From Terriglobia bacterium (lineage in GTDB: Bacteria; Acidobacteriota; Terriglobia; 2-12-FULL-54-10): 64,000 nucleotides of DNA. Below the pieces are notes generated by a model. The model ran no database searches. It saw nothing but the letters and a program-made list of their open reading frames with translations, and was not told the DNA's origin. Position numbers and translations under genes: made by a program. Where the stretch lies: NCBI GenBank assembly GCA_963666975.2, contig CAXVYR010000004.1:1280001-1344000 (forward strand). The letters run 5' to 3'. Every line of letters starts with the position of its first letter. The stretch's first letter is position 1. Below, piece after piece: positions 31,880 to 40,345 of the stretch.

Positions 31880-33033
31880 GATTGAATATCGGAATTGCCG
31901 AGACTCTCATCGATTTCGACTTCAGTCTCCACGCCCCGAAGCCGTTTCGCATAGCGGTAAGATTCGAGTGCCTCATTAGCAGTGGCAAGTTTAGCGGTGG
32001 CCCGGATAATTTCGCCCTCCCCCATTCGGTTGAAATCAAAATTGTCGAGGGATTGGTCAAATAAGTACGTAAAATCGAGCCTGTGCCTCGGCAGATTTTC
32101 CGGACGCTTAATATCGGGGTGAAAGTATTCCGAGGGGACAGTGACGTCGGTGTGATAACGACCAATGTATTCGCAATAGTTCTTGTCGGCCAATATGGTT
32201 GGGAGTTGGACGGGGCACTTAGGCAGGTCTCGTGAATTTGGAGGCAGGGGAATCAACCGCGTGGCTTTCCCGGACGGGCCTTCTGATGCTAGCGCAATTG
32301 TCCGCATAGCAAGTTCCAGAGCTTTTTCAAGGGAGTCGATCTTCGGGATTTGGAACTCATCGGACGCCGTCCCCATCACCTCCTCTAGGTCGCGCATCGC
32401 GTTTGCTAATTTTCCCGATTTCACCATATGACCTACGGAATTTACAGAGAATGCGATGCCTGCTGGGAATCGATGATCCTGCCACCAACGCTTGTCGCCT
32501 TGCGAGGAGAAATAGTTGACACCAGCGAGCCACTCCCATGTCGTACGACGGGAGCCCGGTTGTTCGAGTTTGATTCGATCCGTGTAAACCCCGTCGGGCT
32601 CTATCTGTTCATGTAAATAAAGAGAGCAAATCCTCAATGCTATTTCCTTGACGGTTTGATCAGGTACTGCATTGACAAGTCGTTCCGAAAGCAGAACGGT
32701 AATAAATCCGCTCGCAATGCCATCGAAGGCCATCTTTTTCCATGCCCGCCGCGACTTTTGGATCTTCCTTTCCATTGCTTCGTCAGGACCAAGAAGATCA
32801 CTCTCTTTCAAAAGGCAATAACTTATAAGCCCTTTTTTGGCTGCAACCCGACCGAATAAACAAGGTTGGTGCACTTGCAGCCACTTATTTAGTTCACTGA
32901 CGATGGAGTCATCCTGAGAGGCGGGATTTAATACCGTTGCAAGCGTTTTCTTAACTTCGGGAGTAAAGCCGACCTCGTTACGCCACTGGTCTTCTTTCAG
33001 AAGGCTCATCAATCCCGAAATCTGCGATGCCAT
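31876..33033 (-). CDS. hypothetical protein, possible remote YqcI/YcgG-like heme enzyme
   Basis: 385-aa ORF with GGAGG RBS; QPCLFG..AA and HRFP..IAF..N resemble YqcI/YcgG motifs. The ORF is well supported; the family call is tentative. Confidence 0.55.
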   Translation of the reverse strand: MASQISGLMSLLKEDQWRNEVGFTPEVKKTLATVLNPASQDDSIVSELNKWLQVHQPCLFGRVAAKKGLISYCLLKESDLLGPDEAMERKIQKSRRAWKKMAFDGIASGFITVLLSERLVNAVPDQTVKEIALRICSLYLHEQIEPDGVYTDRIKLEQPGSRRTTWEWLAGVNYFSSQGDKRWWQDHRFPAGIAFSVNSVGHMVKSGKLANAMRDLEEVMGTASDEFQIPKIDSLEKALELAMRTIALASEGPSGKATRLIPLPPNSRDLPKCPVQLPTILADKNYCEYIGRYHTDVTVPSEYFHPDIKRPENLPRHRLDFTYLFDQSLDNFDFNRMGEGEIIRATAKLATANEALESYRYAKRLRGVETEVEIDESLGNSDIQS

Positions 33034-33072
33034 CGAGCCTCCGTCATCTAGAGAGAAGCAGAAGTTGGCCTT

Positions 33073-33186
33073 AGGTACTTCCCGCTATGATACCACGGGG
33101 AACGAGTACGCTGATTCAGCGATGAAGCAAAGTTGGCCAGGTACTTCCCGCTATGATACCACGGGGAACGAGTACGCTGATTCAGC
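33073..33186. repeat. perfect 48-bp tandem duplication (66-bp period) containing a promoter-like motif
   Basis: AGGTACTTCCCGCTATGATACCACGGGGAACGAGTACGCTGATTCAGC at 33073 and 33139; minus strand contains TGGTATCAT (extended -10). Confidence 0.9.
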
Positions 33187-33335
33187 AAAACAGTTTCTGA
33201 TCGGTTCCCGTCGCGCCCTCCACAAGATGCTCGTGCGGTGGATCACCCCACTCCAGCCCCCTCGGGGCGGGAACCTGGAAGAAGCTCTCCGGCAGGGTGG
33301 AATTGGAAGGGGGTAGGATTTTGGCTGGTGGTGGC

Positions 33336-33356
33336 CGAATCCCACCCTCGCCGCCA
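33336..33356 (+). other. tRNA 3'-end scar (att-like)
   Basis: CGAATCCCACCCTCGCCGCCA = T-arm half, acceptor stem and CCA, resembling tRNA-Ser. Confidence 0.65.
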
Positions 33357-33562
33357 GAATTCTCTCCGCATTTTCAGCAGGGAGGAGTAGGCCCTCCGGC
33401 CCTATCGTAGTAGAATCGCGGCTGGAAAATCTCTTTCGGCTTTGCGGTTTGCCGCGCTCTCAAGAATGTTTTCAAATACACTCAGCTCGTGCCTGTCAGG
33501 GCTCGAACCTGTCAGACGAAGCCCCCGTCGGAAACAAGGCCGGCAGGAAAGGATGTGAATCC

Positions 33563-33955
33563 ATGTTCTGCAGAAATTGCGGTAAAGAAGTGCCCGAGCA
33601 AGCTGTGATGTGCGTGTCCTGTGGGTGTCCCCCGAAAGACGGGAAGAAGTTCTGCCAGCAGTGCGGGGCCGAAACGACTCCCGCCGCCGATGTGTGCGTA
33701 AAATGCGGCGTCAAACTCGCCGTCGCCGTGCCTGCGGATGCAAAATCCAAATTGACGGCGGGGCTTCTCGGCATATTCCTAGGCGCGTTTGGAGTGCACC
33801 GCTTCTACCTGGGATACGTCGGCTTAGGAATCGTCCAAATCATCGTCACAATCATTACGCTCGGCCTCGGCGCGATTTGGGGATTTATTGAGGGCATTCT
33901 GATTCTGACAGGGTCCATGAACAAAGATGCCAAAGGGCAGCCTCTCAAGGAATGA
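33563..33955 (+). CDS. zinc-ribbon + TM2 domain membrane protein
   Basis: Four CxxCG motifs then KSKLTAGLLGIFLG.FGVHRFYLG. Confidence 0.9.
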   Translation: MFCRNCGKEVPEQAVMCVSCGCPPKDGKKFCQQCGAETTPAADVCVKCGVKLAVAVPADAKSKLTAGLLGIFLGAFGVHRFYLGYVGLGIVQIIVTIITLGLGAIWGFIEGILILTGSMNKDAKGQPLKE

Positions 33956-34119
33956 GCGCGAGATACTTCGCCGGACGCAGGCTACCCGCTACGCCGCCAC
34001 CGTCGAATCTAACCCATCCAGTTCGCGACCTTCCTCCGGCGCTCAGATTGTAGAGTGCACAAAGCGAGGGAAGGCCTTCATCGCCTCACTATGGTCTCAG
34101 CGGTTGCAGCTCGTTGTTT

Positions 34120-34515
34120 TTAGCGGTTGGCGAGAATCGGAAGACCCTTGGTCCCGATGAGCCGCTTATCGGCCGTGACGAGCGTCAGCCCGAAGACCCT
34201 GGCCGTGGCTGCGAGAAACCGGTCGGCTGGGTCTCGATGGGGGAGTTGAACCCGCCGAATTTCCAGCGCCACTTCGTGAGTGAGCGGAGCTTCCTTGAGC
34301 GGCACTTCCTGGAGCGCCCGTCTGATCCATTCCGCCGTTCCGACATTCGCTGCAATCCGCCCCGCTTCCCCTAGCATCAGCAACTCCCATAAGCTGATGG
34401 GCGACAACCAGGATTCGTTATCCGGATTTCCCAGAGTCTTACGCACATGGGCACTTAGCTTCTCCGGTTCAATCAGGCTCCAAATCCAGATGTGGGTGTC
34501 CAGCAGCAGCTTCAC
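34120..34515 (-). CDS. vapC: PIN-domain toxin (VapC family)
   Basis: LLLDTH..IW, S.ISLWE, HRDPADRFL.ATA, LVTAD. Confidence 0.92.
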   Translation of the reverse strand: MKLLLDTHIWIWSLIEPEKLSAHVRKTLGNPDNESWLSPISLWELLMLGEAGRIAANVGTAEWIRRALQEVPLKEAPLTHEVALEIRRVQLPHRDPADRFLAATARVFGLTLVTADKRLIGTKGLPILANR

Positions 34516-34754
34516 TAGCGGAGCGCCTCCCAATCCTGCTCGTCCCCGATGGGTGAGACGATGTCGCCTCGAATTTGCGCTGTGCCTTTCATGCAGCCCA
34601 GCCAGCGCTTAGGGCGGGCCGGTGGCGGTGGCGGAACGATTTCCGCAACCGGCTTCCCAAAACGGGTCACCAGAACAGGCTTCCGCGTGCGGCGCACGCC
34701 TTCCAGCACCGCCAGGCATTTCGCCTTAAATTTGGAAATGGCTATTTCTTCCAT
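34515..34754 (-). CDS. Phd/YefM-family antitoxin
   Basis: IAISKFKAKCL..L..V......VLVTRFGKPVAE; overlaps vapC start; upstream palindrome ATGGTC-AAA-GACCAT. Confidence 0.9.
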   Translation of the reverse strand: MEEIAISKFKAKCLAVLEGVRRTRKPVLVTRFGKPVAEIVPPPPPARPKRWLGCMKGTAQIRGDIVSPIGDEQDWEALR

Positions 34755-34832
34755 AGTACCGGTTCTCCAAATAGATTGTACTATGGTCAAAGACCATGGT
34801 CAATTAAGAACCTGGCAAGCACATTCGCTTGG

Positions 34833-34882
34833 TGCCTTGAAAACCGTTGACGGTCCGTGGGTTGAATCCCCCCTCACCGCCA
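34833..34882 (+). pseudogene. degenerate tRNA-Ser(TGA) 3' half
   Basis: CTTGAAAACC anticodon loop, shortened variable arm, GTGGGTT-GAATCCCC.CTCACCGCCA. Confidence 0.7.
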
Positions 34883-34911
34883 TAGTCGGTTTGCCGCTAC
34901 CCCAGTTCAAG

Positions 34912-35127
34912 CTACAAAATGGCAGTCTCTATATACTGGCAGTGCGTGGAGGGTTCGGGGATGGGCAGCCCTTCTTCTCTCAAGCCCTCCAAGTGAAGTT
35001 CGATCGCTTCTTTTATATGGCGCTCGACCGCTTCCAACGTCTTTCCCGTAGAGACGTAACCTGGAAGGTCGGGAACATAAGCCGAGTAGTTGTTCGGGCC
35101 TTTCTCGATGATCACAGCGTATTTCAT
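34912..35127 (-). CDS. hicB: HicB-family antitoxin-like protein (orphan)
   Basis: YAVIIEK....YSAYVPDLPG.V.TG.T.E......EAI..HLE.L...G.PIP. Confidence 0.88.
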   Translation of the reverse strand: MKYAVIIEKGPNNYSAYVPDLPGYVSTGKTLEAVERHIKEAIELHLEGLREEGLPIPEPSTHCQYIETAIL

Positions 35128-35178
35128 CGGTCCTCTTGTTTCACCTGTCACTGATGCGAGATTTTATGATGCAAGCCT

Positions 35179-36390
35179 TCACGTCCGGTAGCTCGCGTTG
35201 ATGCGGATGTACTCTTCCGTGAAGTCGCAGGTCCAGAAGCGCGCTGTAGCCTTCCCTCCCGGCAACACCATTCGGATGAGCACTTGCTTGCCGCGCAGTT
35301 GGCGCTGTGCGGCGGCCTCGCTGAACTTTGTCGCTCCTCCTTGGCGGCAGACCCGGATTCGGTTCAGGTAGATATCGGCGCTGCGCGGATCAAACTTCAC
35401 CCCGGCGTTGCCCGCGGCGGAAAGAATCCGTCCCCAATTGGGGTCCGCTCCGGCCAGGGCGGTCTTGACCAGCGACGAAAGAGCAATCGCACGGGCCAGC
35501 GCCTCCGCCTGTTTTTCCGATGCCGCTCCCTCCACGCGAATCTCCGCCACCCGGCGCGCGCCCTCGCCGTCGGCGACCATCGCGATGGCCAACTGCTGCG
35601 CGATCTCGGTCAATGTTTGGAGAAACTTTTTTCCGGCGGGACTTTTTTTCGTAATGGCCCGATTCCCGGCCATTCCGTTGGCCATGAGATAGACCGTATC
35701 GTTCGGAGAGGTGTCGCCGTCCACGGAGATGCGGTTGAAGCTGGCCGCGCACATGCGGCGCGCCGCCGCCTGCAGGAAGCGAGGATCGAGGGCCGCGTCG
35801 GTGAAGAAAAATCCCAGCATCGTCGCCATGCGCGGATGGATCATCCCCGCGCCTTTTGCCATGCCCAGGATCGTGATGCGGCGGCCTGCCAGAGGAATCG
35901 TGCGGGAGACCACCTTGGGCCGTGTGTCGGTGGTCAGAATGGCGCGGGATACGGCGTGAACCGCCTGGGGATGCATCCGGCGAACCAGCGCCGGAAGCAG
36001 CCCTGTGATGCGGCGCGACTCGAGCGGCACGCCGATGACGCCGGTCGATGCCACGAGCACCTGCTCCGGGCGGATGTGGAAAAGTTCGGCGGCCTTCGCG
36101 GCGCACTGCCGGGCCGCGCGCGCCCCTTGCGCGCCGGTGGCGCAGTTGGCGTTTCCCGCGTTGACCAGGATTGCCCGCGCAGCGCCGCGGTTGCGCCGTA
36201 GATGGTCTCGTGAAATCTCAATGGGCGCGGCCTGCAGGCGGTTGGTGGTGAACAGCGCCGCCACGCGCGCCGGGACCATCGAGTAGATCAAGGCCACATC
36301 CGGTCCGTGACCGTGCGTGCGCAGCCCGCCATCGCCTGCGGCGAAAAGAAAACCTTTCGGGAGTGGAATGTTTTTGGTCGCTTTGGTCAT
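35179..36390 (-). CDS. argJ: ornithine acetyltransferase / N-acetylglutamate synthase
   Basis: NAGNAN..TG, STGVIG, TTDT, KGAGMI.P.MATML, VDGDTS.ND, DGEGA, INASYRT. Confidence 0.96.
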   Translation of the reverse strand: MTKATKNIPLPKGFLFAAGDGGLRTHGHGPDVALIYSMVPARVAALFTTNRLQAAPIEISRDHLRRNRGAARAILVNAGNANCATGAQGARAARQCAAKAAELFHIRPEQVLVASTGVIGVPLESRRITGLLPALVRRMHPQAVHAVSRAILTTDTRPKVVSRTIPLAGRRITILGMAKGAGMIHPRMATMLGFFFTDAALDPRFLQAAARRMCAASFNRISVDGDTSPNDTVYLMANGMAGNRAITKKSPAGKKFLQTLTEIAQQLAIAMVADGEGARRVAEIRVEGAASEKQAEALARAIALSSLVKTALAGADPNWGRILSAAGNAGVKFDPRSADIYLNRIRVCRQGGATKFSEAAAQRQLRGKQVLIRMVLPGGKATARFWTCDFTEEYIRINASYRT

Positions 36391-36492
36391 TAGGCTTTTC
36401 GGGCTTTCAGGGCTTTTGGGAGCGGTCAGTTTACCGCAACAGGCGCAGGGGGCAAGGCAAAAAAACCATTCGATGCATTGGAGTGCGCAACG

Positions 36493-36729
36493 TATTGAAG
36501 ATCACATCATATAGTGGCGATGCTTTCCGTCAGGGCACGCCTTCAGGCGTGCCGTTACCTCGTGGCGTTTTGTGCGCTTTAGCGCCTGAGGTGCACCTTC
36601 CGGTGCTGCCCCGTGGGATGGCTCAGGCCTCAGCGGCTGAAGCCGCTCTGTGAACTCCTCCTGGCGGCACGGTTGAAACCGTGCCCTGACGATTCCTCTC
36701 CTTGTCGCTATGTTATGCGAAATTCAATA
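36493..36729. mobile_element. MITE-like element E with BIME-like palindromes
   Basis: Imperfect TIR TATTGAA..TC.CAT.A.ATAG; internal CGTCAGGGCACG..CGTGCCCTGACG and CCTCAGCGGCTGAAGCCGC. Confidence 0.65.
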
Positions 36730-36743
36730 GGAGCTGTCCGGCC

Positions 36744-37886
36744 TCAGAGGCTGGCGATCAAATGCGCCAGCAAGGCGGCGCGGCGGGGCAGCTCCCGCAG
36801 CAGGATGTTTTCGTGAGGCGCGTGCGCGCCTTCGCCGACGCCTCCCAGCCCGTCCAGAGTGGGGACTCCCAGGGCAGCCGTGAAGTTGCCGTCCGAGCCG
36901 CCTCCCACGGCGGCCTCTAGCAGCTCAATGCCCAGCGGACGGGCCAGCGCGCGCGCCCGCTGGAAGAGCTGGGCGACCTGCCGCGTTCGTTCGAGCGGCG
37001 GGCGATTCTTCCCGCTGGAGACTTTCATGCTCGTTCGCCGGTCGGCGGGTTGGAGCGACCGAATCTTCCTTTCAATCTCCCGCTGGTCCCGAATCCTGGC
37101 AACGCGCACGTCCACCACAGCGGAGGCCTCCGCTGCGACGACGTTCGAGCGGGTGCCGCCGGAGATCACTCCCACGTTTACGGTGATGCCCCTGCGCCGG
37201 TCGGCGAATTGCTTCACTCGTAAAACCTGCCGGGCCAGTTCCTCGATGGCGCTTGCCCCCTTTTCCGGGTCCAGCCCGGCATGAGCGGCGCGCCCTTTTA
37301 TTTGAATTTCGAATTCGCCGACACCCTTTCGGGAAGTCTTCAACGCTCCCTTCAATCCATGGGCCGGCTCCATCACCAGGACGCAGTCGCTGCGGCGCGC
37401 CTCGCGTTCCGTGAGGGGACGGGAGGCGAGGCTTCCGGTCTCCTCATCGGAGGTGAGCAGCAGAACGACTTTTTTCTTCACAGGGATGCGCAGTGTCCGC
37501 AGGGCGCGCAGCGCGAACAGGGCGGCGACGATTCCCGATTTCATGTCGAACACGCCCGGACCATAAACGCGTCCCTGCCGCACGCGGAACGGCATGCGGG
37601 CAATCGTGCCGCAGTCCCAGACCGTGTCCATGTGTCCCAGCAGCAGGATCTGGCCGGACGTTCGCACCGGCCCCAGCCGAAACTCCGCCCGCAGATGGTT
37701 GCCGGTCTGCCGGGAAGGGAAAACCCGGACGCGGGCCTGCATCCGGCGAGCAATCCCGCCTATCATCGCCCCGAAGTGGTCAACAGCGGCTTTGTCCGTG
37801 CTGGGGGATTCAGCCTCGACCAATCGCCGGAGCATCTTCACCATCTCGCCCTGTTGAGCCTGGAGGGTGCGCAAAATGGAATCCAT
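36744..37886 (-). CDS. M20 family metallopeptidase (glutamate carboxypeptidase-like)
   Basis: GHMDTV, GPGVFDMK.G, DEE.GS, GGGSDGN, G.GAH...E. Confidence 0.92.
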   Translation of the reverse strand: MDSILRTLQAQQGEMVKMLRRLVEAESPSTDKAAVDHFGAMIGGIARRMQARVRVFPSRQTGNHLRAEFRLGPVRTSGQILLLGHMDTVWDCGTIARMPFRVRQGRVYGPGVFDMKSGIVAALFALRALRTLRIPVKKKVVLLLTSDEETGSLASRPLTEREARRSDCVLVMEPAHGLKGALKTSRKGVGEFEIQIKGRAAHAGLDPEKGASAIEELARQVLRVKQFADRRRGITVNVGVISGGTRSNVVAAEASAVVDVRVARIRDQREIERKIRSLQPADRRTSMKVSSGKNRPPLERTRQVAQLFQRARALARPLGIELLEAAVGGGSDGNFTAALGVPTLDGLGGVGEGAHAPHENILLRELPRRAALLAHLIASL

Positions 37887-38082
37887 CGAGGTTACTCCAG
37901 AATCCTTCTGAATCACACATCAATTCGAATATAATCAACTAGATTCCGGAAACAAAGCGGCATGTTCCGAGCAGAACCCCTGAAAGCAGCTTCATCTGGG
38001 GAGCGGAGATCAGCAGCCTTTTTGTTACCATACCGGAATGCCCGCGGAGTCTCGCAGAATGGAGCGCCTAGAATAAAACACC

Positions 38083-38556
38083 ATGACCCTCGATATCAAT
38101 GAGATACAGAAAATCCTGCCGCACCGTCCTCCGTTCCTGCTGGTGGACCGCATCCTGGAACTGGAACCGCAGAAGCGAATTGTCGGAATCAAGAACGTGA
38201 CCATCAACGAGCCGTTCTTTGCCGGCCACTTCCCCAATTTCCCCGTAATGCCGGGCGTGCTGATTGTGGAGGCGATGGCGCAAACGGGCGGCGTGCTGGT
38301 GCTGCGCGACGTGCCGGAGGCGGATTCGAAGCTGGTGTTTTTCGCCGCCATCGAGGAGGCCAAATTCCGGCGGCCCGTTTTTCCCGGCGATCAATTGCGC
38401 CTGGAGGTGGAGGTCCTGACGCGGCGGAACACCTTCTGCCGAATGCAGGGCAAGGCATGGGTTGACCAACGGTTGGCCGCAGAAGCGGTGATCCTGTGCA
38501 AGATAGCAGAAAGGCCAGCAGAAAAGACAGCGGACAAAACACCGGAGAAGTCTTGA
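38083..38556 (+). CDS. fabZ: 3-hydroxyacyl-ACP dehydratase
   Basis: [39 protein letters not shown]. Confidence 0.97.
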   Translation: MTLDINEIQKILPHRPPFLLVDRILELEPQKRIVGIKNVTINEPFFAGHFPNFPVMPGVLIVEAMAQTGGVLVLRDVPEADSKLVFFAAIEEAKFRRPVFPGDQLRLEVEVLTRRNTFCRMQGKAWVDQRLAAEAVILCKIAERPAEKTADKTPEKS

Positions 38557-39386
38557 TGAGCGGAGTCGATCTGGAGCGGGTGCATCCCAGCGCGGTCGTC
38601 CATCCCGGCGCGAAGTTGGGCGCGAACGTCCGCGTGGGCCCCTACTGCATTCTCGGCGAAGAAGTGGAGATCGAGGACGGCTGCGAGCTGATGGCGCACG
38701 TCTACATGGACGGCCCTTTGCGCGTGGGCCCCGGCAACCGCTTCTTCCCCTATTCCTCGATTGGCGTCGTGCCGCAGGATTTGAAGTTTCGCGGGGAGCG
38801 CACCGAGACGGTGATCGGCAGGGAGAACACCTTCCGCGAGTTCATCACCGTGCACCGGGGGACGGCGGGCGGCGGCAGCCTCACACGCATCGGCGACGGC
38901 AATCTCATCATGGCCTACGCCCACATCGCGCACGACTGCCTCGTCGGCGACCATACCGTCCTCGCCAACGGCACCACGCTCGCCGGGCATGTGGTGATCG
39001 AGGACTACGCCGTGATCGGCGCTTTCTCCGGCGTCCACCAATTCTGCCGCGTGGGACGCCACAGCCTGGTCGGCGGCTACAGCGTGATTACTCAGGACGT
39101 GCTGCCCTTTTCCAAGACCGTCTCGGAGAGGAAGGTTCACACCTACGGCGTCAACACGGTGGGTCTCGAGCGGCATGGGTTTTCCTCCGAGCGCCGTGGA
39201 AACCTGAGCCGCGCCTTTCGCCTCCTGCTCTCCTCCAAGCTGAACACCACGCAGGCGCTCGAAAAGATTCGCGAGGAGCTGGCCGGGTCGGAGGACGTGA
39301 AGGACTCAGAAGACATTAAAGACTCGGAAGATATTAAAGAATTGATCCGTTTTATTGAATCCTCCGAGCGGGGAGTGATCAAATGA
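38556..39386 (+). CDS. lpxA: UDP-N-acetylglucosamine acyltransferase
   Basis: Hexapeptide repeats, PQDLKF.GE, MAYAHIAHDC, HQFCRVG. Confidence 0.96.
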   Translation: MSGVDLERVHPSAVVHPGAKLGANVRVGPYCILGEEVEIEDGCELMAHVYMDGPLRVGPGNRFFPYSSIGVVPQDLKFRGERTETVIGRENTFREFITVHRGTAGGGSLTRIGDGNLIMAYAHIAHDCLVGDHTVLANGTTLAGHVVIEDYAVIGAFSGVHQFCRVGRHSLVGGYSVITQDVLPFSKTVSERKVHTYGVNTVGLERHGFSSERRGNLSRAFRLLLSSKLNTTQALEKIREELAGSEDVKDSEDIKDSEDIKELIRFIESSERGVIK

Positions 39387-40243
39387 CCGCCGCCGCAGGC
39401 AGCCTGCCGCGCTACGGCCTCATCGCCGGCAGCGGCCAGTTTCCGTTGCTGGTTTTGGAGGCCGCACGCAGCCGGGGCATCCAGATGGTGGTGGCCGCCA
39501 TCCGGGAAGAGGCCGCCCCGGAGCTGGAGTCGCGCGCCGGTTGCTGCTACTGGCTGGGGCTGGGCGAGCTTTCGCGGCTGATTCAAATCTTCAAGGAGCA
39601 GGGCGTCAGCCGCGCGGTGATGGCCGGGCAGGTGAAACACAACAAAATATTTTCTTCCCTTCGCCCGGACTGGAAGTTGTTGCAGGTGCTGATGTCGCTC
39701 CCTCAGAAAAACACCAACTCGCTGATCGGAGGCGTGGCCAAGGTGCTCGGCGAAGAGGGCATCGTCCTGGAGGAGTCCACGCTGTTTCTGGAACCGCTGT
39801 TGGCCGGCGAGGGCGTGCTAACCCGGCGCGGGCCCAGCGCGGACGAGCAGGCCAATCTGGATTACGGAAGGAAGGTGGCGCGGGAGTTGGCCCGCTGGGA
39901 CATCGGGCAGACGGTTGTGGTGGGCGACAAGGCCTGTGTGGCCGTGGAGGCGATGGAGGGGACCGATGAGGTTATTCGCCGGGCCGCGCAACTTTCGCAA
40001 GGCAAGCCGCTGAGCGTGGTCAAGGTCTCAAAGCCCGGTCAGGATATGCGTTTTGACGTCCCCGTGGTGGGGTTGCCTACCATCGCCGTCATGAAGGAGT
40101 CGGGCGCTACAGCCTTGAGCGTGGACGCCGGGAAGACGCTGCTGTTTGACCGCGAGGAGTTGATCCGCCGGGCCGATGAGGCGGGCATCACCATTGTCGG
40201 CGTGGCCCCATCCGAGCCGCACCAATCCGAGCCGCGCGCGTAA
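39383..40243 (+). CDS. lpxI: UDP-2,3-diacylglucosamine diphosphatase
   Basis: GLIAGSGQFP, DIGQ.VVV, AVEAMEGTD, KP.QD.RFDVP.VG. Confidence 0.93.
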   Translation: MTAAAGSLPRYGLIAGSGQFPLLVLEAARSRGIQMVVAAIREEAAPELESRAGCCYWLGLGELSRLIQIFKEQGVSRAVMAGQVKHNKIFSSLRPDWKLLQVLMSLPQKNTNSLIGGVAKVLGEEGIVLEESTLFLEPLLAGEGVLTRRGPSADEQANLDYGRKVARELARWDIGQTVVVGDKACVAVEAMEGTDEVIRRAAQLSQGKPLSVVKVSKPGQDMRFDVPVVGLPTIAVMKESGATALSVDAGKTLLFDREELIRRADEAGITIVGVAPSEPHQSEPRA

Positions 40244-40282
40244 GCAAGCGGGCCAATCCGAGCCGCGACCGCAAGGGAGCGG
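40229..40282 (+). repeat. tandem REP pair overlapping the lpxI stop codon
   Basis: GAGCCGCGCGCGTAAGCAAGCGG and GAGCCGCGACCGCAAGGGAGCGG, same family as at 19233 and 54741. Confidence 0.85.
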
Positions 40283-40293
40283 ACAAAGCGGGT

Positions 40294-40333
40294 AGCCACG
40301 GCGAAGGCTTTATCTCGCCGTGGGCTTTTCTCT
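40294..40333 (+). terminator. terminator-like hairpin between lpxI and the oxidoreductase gene
   Basis: CCACGGCGA-loop-TCGCCGTGG followed by CTTTTCTCT. Confidence 0.5.
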
Positions 40334-40345
40334 ATTGAGAAAGAA

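Noticed and set aside
29848-33033. Prophage
   Set aside because: An excisionase-like HTH is present but there are no integrase, structural or replication genes.
33073-33186. Possible CRISPR mini-array
   Set aside because: Only two copies, similarity extends through the 18-nt gap, and no cas genes; it is a tandem duplication.
34800-34882. Functional tRNA-Ser gene
   Set aside because: No 5' acceptor strand or D-arm, and the T-loop lacks a base.
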